Below are positions 59,645 to 64,000 of a DNA stretch of 64,000 bases, in pieces. The translations under genes and the position numbers were made by a program. Location: the NCBI GenBank assembly GCA_010015585.1, contig ML975157.1; one strand, 5' to 3'. Source of the DNA: Eremomyces bilateralis CBS 781.70. Lineage: Eukaryota. A model generated the notes under the pieces. The model ran no database searches. It saw only the letters and a program-made list of their open reading frames with translations, and was not told where the DNA came from. The first letter of the stretch is position 1; each line of letters opens with the position of its first letter.

Positions 59645-60270
59645 CTATTTGTCCTTCTTCTTGGTGGCGCCCTTCGTCTTCGCCGTGCCGCGGAACTCCT
59701 TGGATCGGTTCTTTCGTTGTTTGCCTGTGTAACGACAGTGTCAGTCATTGCTTCCTCTCAATCAAACCCATTGGCTCCCATCGAAATTCCACCCTATCGT
59801 GGCTCAATGGCGAAAAGGAAAATAACAATCCAAAACGTACGCTGCTGCCTGCTCGCGCGCTCGCGCTTGGTAGCCATGCCGAACCGGACGAGCCGATACT
59901 GCGGCTCGAACTTCTTCATCGAGTCGTTGCTGTCGTAGATGAGGGCGAAGCCAGTGCTCTTGCCGCCGCCGAATTGCGTCTTGAAGCCGAAGACGGAGAT
60001 CTGGTCCTTGCCGGCCTTGTACAGCTCGGACAGCTTGTCGCGGAGCTCATCCTTGGAAACGTTCGCGCGGTTGGGGTGGAGGACGTCGCTGGGTGAAAAT
60101 GGCACGGGTTAGTTGGACGATCACAGGATGGTGGACTGGGGTTGGAGGGGATTTCGGAAGGGGGATTCGGTGGGATAGAGGGAGAAGACGTACACGACCA
60201 TCTGTCGTCGCCCCAGGAGCGGGTTGCGGATGAATTTCCGGGTGCGGAGGGTGACTTGTGAGTCGGCCAT
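59645..60270 (-). CDS. RPS24: 40S ribosomal protein S24 (eS24), 3 coding exons
   Basis: [59 protein letters not shown]; introns 60089-60193 and 59725-59840. Confidence 0.98.
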
Positions 60271-60808
60271 CGTGATGATCGTGGATGATGCCTTCAAAGG
60301 TTTTCGCTCGTTAGCCCGTGCCCTCCCATCAATTGTCCATTTATCTGGACGCGCAAGGAAGCATACCCGAATCTAAAAAGTCAGTAAAGGAGATTACGGT
60401 CGGTGCGCGAGGATGGCAGTGAAGTCGAGAGAATGGAGGAGTGTCGTGAAACTCGTGATGGCAGATGTGGAGGGTCTTGGGGGAGAGAGTTCGGTTGTGC
60501 GCTTAGTCACGCGAATTTTGCTGTGAGTGGTGCGAAGATTCGTGTGCTCGCTTCTGATTGGCTTAGTGTTGCAGCGTTGGCTGTGGCGTTCAATGCAGGG
60601 GTCAAGCCACACGAAGCGGGCCGAACAGACCTGACAGAGTCACCTTCAATTGATGTGGTGGCACGAGTGGGAAGGTTTGCTTCTGTTCAGATATATTCAC
60701 CTGGAAGCGAAGCATAACATTTAAATTCAATCCGTTTCAATCAGTGGCGCCTGCGTATCCGATGAAATCGATCTACAGCTTCCTTTCCGGGTGCCACGAA
60801 CCGCCAGG

Positions 60809-62081
60809 ATGATGGCTGGAGACTTGGAACTGCTTCGCCGACAGTATCTCCAGCGAGTTCCGCTGTCCAGTCTTTCGTGGCCGTCAGAAGAGTTATTGAA
60901 AAAGATCGATGTACAGGAATGGCTGCATGCGAGCTGTTTCGATAACCAGAATATCACATTTTTGCCACAGGAGCCATACAGACTGCTCGTTTTGAAGAAG
61001 TTGATTGCTAGCATTGAAGCGGCTATGGATGACCCGGACGAGGATGTATGCCTTTCTCTCTCTTAGAATCACTTTCATCTCTATGATTTTTTCCAATCGC
61101 TCCTTCAATGCTGAAGGAGGTGTCTAGGAACTATCCGAGTCTCTCATGTCCTCGCTTGTCTCCCTTGTTTCTTCTCCTCCACCTCTCGAGTCTACAGCTG
61201 CACAGCAACCGTCTTATGTCACCTATCACTTTCCCGTGCCGTGTTCCTCGGGATCGGCGGCCAAAACCAGCATGTCACCATCATGGGGTGCCGTCACGAC
61301 GCTCGAGTCGCGCCATATTCTCTCATCCTCTGGCACCACAGGGCTGCGAACCTGGGAAGCGGCTCTTCATCTTGGCGCGTATTTATCATCGAACGGGCAA
61401 GAGTCGGGGAAGCTCTGGGTCCGTGGCAAGCATGTCCTAGAACTCGGAGCGGGCACCGGGCTGCTGTCCATCCTGTGCGCCAAGCATTTGGCCACGAGGA
61501 CCGTGACTGCGACGGATGGGGATGAGCGAGTATTAGAAACGTTGGAGAACAATGCGTTTCTCAATATGCCGGAATCGGACACGATCAAATCATTCCCATT
61601 TAGATGGGGACGGTCACTGGTCGGTACTCTACTAGAGAAGCGGATTATGGCAGATGACCCAGTCGATCTCGTCATCGGGGCGGACATTGTGGGTTTCCGA
61701 ACAATTTGCTTTGGGTAGGGCTCATGCGATGTAGACGTATGACGATGCAATCATCACTCCTTTAGTCAACGGCTTCCGCGAGCTGACTCGCCTCCGACCG
61801 ACAGTGGAATTCCTAGTTGCTGCGTCGGTTCGAAACAAACGAACGTTGGAGAAGTTCGTGGCGCGATGCGGTAGGTACTCCCCGTCACCGCGGAAGTATT
61901 TCGCTCGCATTTTGTCTATGTCCATTGACTTTGGTATTCTGGCGTAGAACAAGGGGGTTACCAGTTGACCGACGTCCCATACACTCCGGAGCCTGAGCAT
62001 CTGCAACAAGGTCCATTCTATTCAACGACTGCTCCCTTCCGAATCATCCACATCACCAGAGCCTCGGTAATCGCGTACTAA
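60809..62081 (+). CDS. EFM3: eEF2 protein-lysine methyltransferase (FAM86/Efm3, Methyltransf_16 family), 4 exons
   Basis: RRQYLQ, YRLLVLKKLI, GTTGLRTWEAALHL, VLELGAGTG, ATDG and IGADI/TYD motifs. Confidence 0.88.
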
Positions 62082-63697
62082 GCGAATAGGGGCGGGGCGT
62101 ATTGCTCCAGGCCATTAGATCGGAGCAATTGATTCCCTTATTATCAGATGTAGCCCATCTACATTGTGAAGGGGATTCTTGAAGCAGTCCAGGCTCCCAC
62201 ATCCAACTATGCTATGAGAAACCTGGTAACGAGCAACCCCGCTCCGTCGTGAAGGTTTCAAGGAACTACGGGTTCATATCTGATAGCCATCAGATTTCGT
62301 TCGCCCCGTATGACATTAAAAAAATGCCTCTGTTCATCGGGGATATTTTTATGGGAATAGATTGCGCAACGCTCAAGGCGGACCTAGCATATGATCCTGG
62401 TGTACGATTGAGAGATATAATGATCGATGTAGATTTGTTCAGGGATAAAATCCGGGCAATTGGGTTCACCGAGCTAGGTGTGGTTGCAAACGTTTGAGAA
62501 CAAACTGCGCCATTTCAATCCGTAGGCTACTAAATATATCGGTAGCTAATTTCAGGCTGGGATTGCGTACTGTTGCAAATTTCCGTACCCTGATGGCACA
62601 GCTGCGGGATTTCTGTCCAAGCATTCCAAACAAGCTGGAGAGGAGGTTTCGTCCACATCGCAACCAGTATAATCAAATCGGGCGTCGTTAGATTCATTTA
62701 TTGGCCAGCAATGGACTCATATGTTGAGCTTATATGCATGGTAGTTGGGAAGGTAGTTCAATAATTGACAAATGACAACCAAGGGCACAAAATCTTCTCT
62801 GTTCCCCAAGCTGACGCTAACACGTTTCTGCCCGTTCTAGGTTGATTTGTTCTAGAACCGTTGTACCTTGGTGGGCCATTCAACAAAACTTTCACCGGGT
62901 GTTGTCATGGTGGAACCCCTGGGCCTGATGAGTGGTTTATTGCTGGATATGTTGCCCGTCTCGTAATCAGAACCCCAAATGACGCGCGTGCGGCTTTGAT
63001 TGGGTCGATGGTCGACCTTCCACCGCATGAGGTGGTGAGTTGGAAGACTGGAGAAGTCTGAGGGATTTCCCACCTTATGCCATGTGGCTGACTGGCTGGT
63101 CCGTGAAAGGGCATTTGACGTGCTTACAGGCCTTCATCACGATTAGGGGACAGATATATCTAGCTTTTGAGGATACCGATGAGTTATAATAATGAATCAT
63201 CCTGACCGCGCATCTTCTCCTGTTTCCTTCCTTTGGTTACAGCTCCAAAGCATTCTTTCGAGTCATCACCTATCCTCAGCCCCCAGTTAAGCCTAGCAAT
63301 AGCCTGGCATATATATACTTCCATTAAGTCCTATACCTTCCTACAGTACCCTATCGACATATTACCAGGTTCTTTCTTGTTGAGCATTCGTGCAACATCG
63401 ATATCAACCAATACCACCCATTGTCCGCTCTTCATTCGCTCGACCCTTTATCAATCCATCCTGGTTCATCGGCGCCCCCCACCACCACCAGATCGGCTGT
63501 CATCAGGGCACACACCTTCTGCTATCAGTCCGCGTGTGACTCCGATTCAGGAACGCGTCAAGATATCAGACCAAAGACCGTAAATTTAGAATCGAAGGGA
63601 ATTGCTGCTACGACGTTGATTAAGCACAAAGGCCATTTATTACCCCTCTCAAAGACTCGATCTGAATCCCCTGGCTAAACCCGATTCGGCGAGCAAC

Positions 63698-64000
63698 TCA
63701 GGGCTGGAACTTGGAACTTGGAAGAGACGCGGGGCAATTGGCGCAATTGGACTCTGTCCTCCGCAATCTGATAAGCTCGGTCGAGTGAGCAACGTCAACT
63801 GCATCCCCAGCTGCAGAGTGAACACCCCTCCTGATCAAGCCATCAATCTCCGTGTCCGTTACCTTATCGGCCGCCACATTCGCTCCAGGAATCCCTATCA
63901 GTCTCGAGATATCGTACCGACAGGTGCTTACCTTGCATTCCCACTTCTGAAAAGGGATCCCCTCCCTCATCGAGTCATCGCCCATCAAAGACTCCTTCCT
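63698..64000 (-). CDS. Possible 3' end of a gene running off the window
   Basis: Open frame reaches the window edge and contains a GTAAGC donor-like site; no recognisable motif. Confidence 0.3.
   Translation of the reverse strand, partial: RKESLMGDDSMREGIPFQKWECKVSTCRYDISRLIGIPGANVAADKVTDTEIDGLIRRGVHSAAGDAVDVAHSTELIRLRRTESNCANCPASLPSSKFQP

Overview
Intron-containing DNA from a filamentous ascomycete (Pezizomycotina-type GT-AG introns with CTRAC branch points); the species cannot be determined from the sequence. Bases 1-9300 are gene-poor and hold decayed reading frames, a diverged 151-bp tandem duplication and one intact Cys/His-motif orphan gene. The rest is mostly a dense run of conserved genes: VPS24, a GAS2-domain protein, an atypical Hsp70, a RING-CH ligase, PRE8, TCD, STE14, TTI1, PDS5, CEG1, HEM15, KU70, VPS72, JSN1/PUF2, RPS24 and EFM3. 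The standout is a four-gene amine-catabolism cluster at 17.6-26.6 kb: an HNM1-like permease, a flavin amine oxidase with a putative mitochondrial presequence, a Zn2Cys6 regulator, and a Rid-domain/amine oxidase fusion ending in SKL. Both of its divergent promoters share the motif CACCGCGGCT. Also notable: the JSN1/PUF2 gene has a ~1.26 kb ATG-free upstream region and a dual UAAU element overlapping its own start codon. Family assignments come from motif recognition, not database searches, and exon boundaries were read by eye.
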